From Cenococcum geophilum (Eukaryota): a stretch of DNA of 64,000 nucleotides. The stretch is taken from the NCBI GenBank assembly GCA_050273025.1, contig CP158635.1, positions 682,001 to 746,000 of the forward strand, written 5' to 3'. Below, in pieces: positions 63,086 through 64,000 of this stretch. The notes below the pieces were generated by a model, which worked only from the letters and a program-made list of their open reading frames with translations, did not search any database and had not been told where the DNA came from. The position numbers and the translations under genes were made by a program. How positions within the stretch are numbered: position 1 is the stretch's first letter; each line of letters begins with the position of its first letter.

Positions 63086-63848
63086 AACGGCTAAAGGAAC
63101 TCCTTTCGCCCAACTTCGCTACTTTCGTTATTCACAGAGCTCGGACATCAGCCCAACCCGAGTTTTCCCGACGAGTAGTCGTTTGTCGCACTATACCATA
63201 TCCGGATTTTCGATTTATTACCTCGCCTGCCTCGTTGCCTTACCATGTGCTTTTCGGCGTTCACCGGCGTTATGCGTGACTATGCGGCCTACGGCTCTCT
63301 GCTACAGCACAGCCTCTCTCAAATACCTCAGAAACAAAGCTTCGACGCACCACAACTAAAAAAGCACAGGAAAAGATCATAGCGTCAATGCACACGAGAC
63401 TTGGCCTTCAGTTGCTGCTGCATCCGGGTATATTTAAGGCCATTGGAGGGAAATTGGGAAATTATAAAAGCATGTGCGTATGGCGACTTTTGCCACATTT
63501 TTTGGGGTTTTTTTCCTTATTATATCTTCGCTTCTATGACGGGCTTGTACATTGTCGATCCGCTTGGACCGACGGTTAATGGCATTTTCAGGATATGTGA
63601 TTGCGGGTCTGCTTTCTGCTGGGATGGGGCCATAGAAATCTGGATAGAGATATGCCTGGGTTGGGTTGCGATTGATCTATATCTATGCATCGTATCAATA
63701 CCAAGTTTAATCTACATGCTGTGCCTAGCCGAGCCTCGATTTTGCCGATCCTAGTCCTCCCGGCTCTAGAAAGAGGCTGAAGGGCGAAGACTCCCTAACT
63801 CCTCCCTATAACACACTACCCCCGTGTGCCTATCTCCCCTCACCACCG

Positions 63849-64000
63849 TCAACTCACCACCTCCCCCTTCTCCTCCTCTCCAACCTCCTCATCCTCCACA
63901 TCGTCAAACTCCACCAGCGCCCTATCCTGCCTATACCGCACATACCCCGGCCGCGCCAAACTCCTCGCCGCAACCTGGATATCGGTCCTGATATCCTCGA
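63849..64000 (-). CDS. 3' end of a protein-coding gene running off the window; product not recognised
   Basis: Open minus-strand frame EDIRTDIQVAARSLARPGYVRYRQDRALVEFDDVEDEEVGEEEKGEVVS* with coding-like composition. Confidence 0.55.
   Translation of the reverse strand, partial: EDIRTDIQVAARSLARPGYVRYRQDRALVEFDDVEDEEVGEEEKGEVVS

Overview
Fungal (filamentous ascomycete, Dothideomycete-like by inference) genomic DNA with spliceosomal introns. GC-balanced genic flanks surround a ~49 kb AT-rich block (about 2.2-51.5 kb) heavily mutated by repeat-induced point mutation (RIP). The left flank holds a cytochrome P450. The right flank holds a GT34-like glycosyltransferase, a DHA1 MFS transporter, the Zn2Cys6-PAS gluconeogenesis regulator acuK/ERT1 and the 3' end of another gene. 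The block resolves almost base-for-base by terminal repeats and target-site duplications (TSDs). It contains a standalone hAT transposon plus a five-level nest: a ~334 bp hAT-type MITE, inside it a ~2.0 kb pogo/Tigger element, inside that three Ty3/Gypsy chromoviruses, inside those three more Gypsy elements, a 1.7 kb non-autonomous LTR element, a solo LTR and a MITE, and innermost a TIR element built of four tandem-repeat arrays. A second copy of that MITE family sits directly in the pogo element. Most notable: (1) a ~60 bp palindrome/CCAAT module shared by the 3' UTRs of four Gypsy elements with otherwise dissimilar 3' UTRs; (2) a CCC...GGG MITE family inserted twice at TTATAA sites that appear to have been created by RIP; (3) family-specific self-priming complementarity in all seven two-LTR elements. 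All alignments were done by eye.
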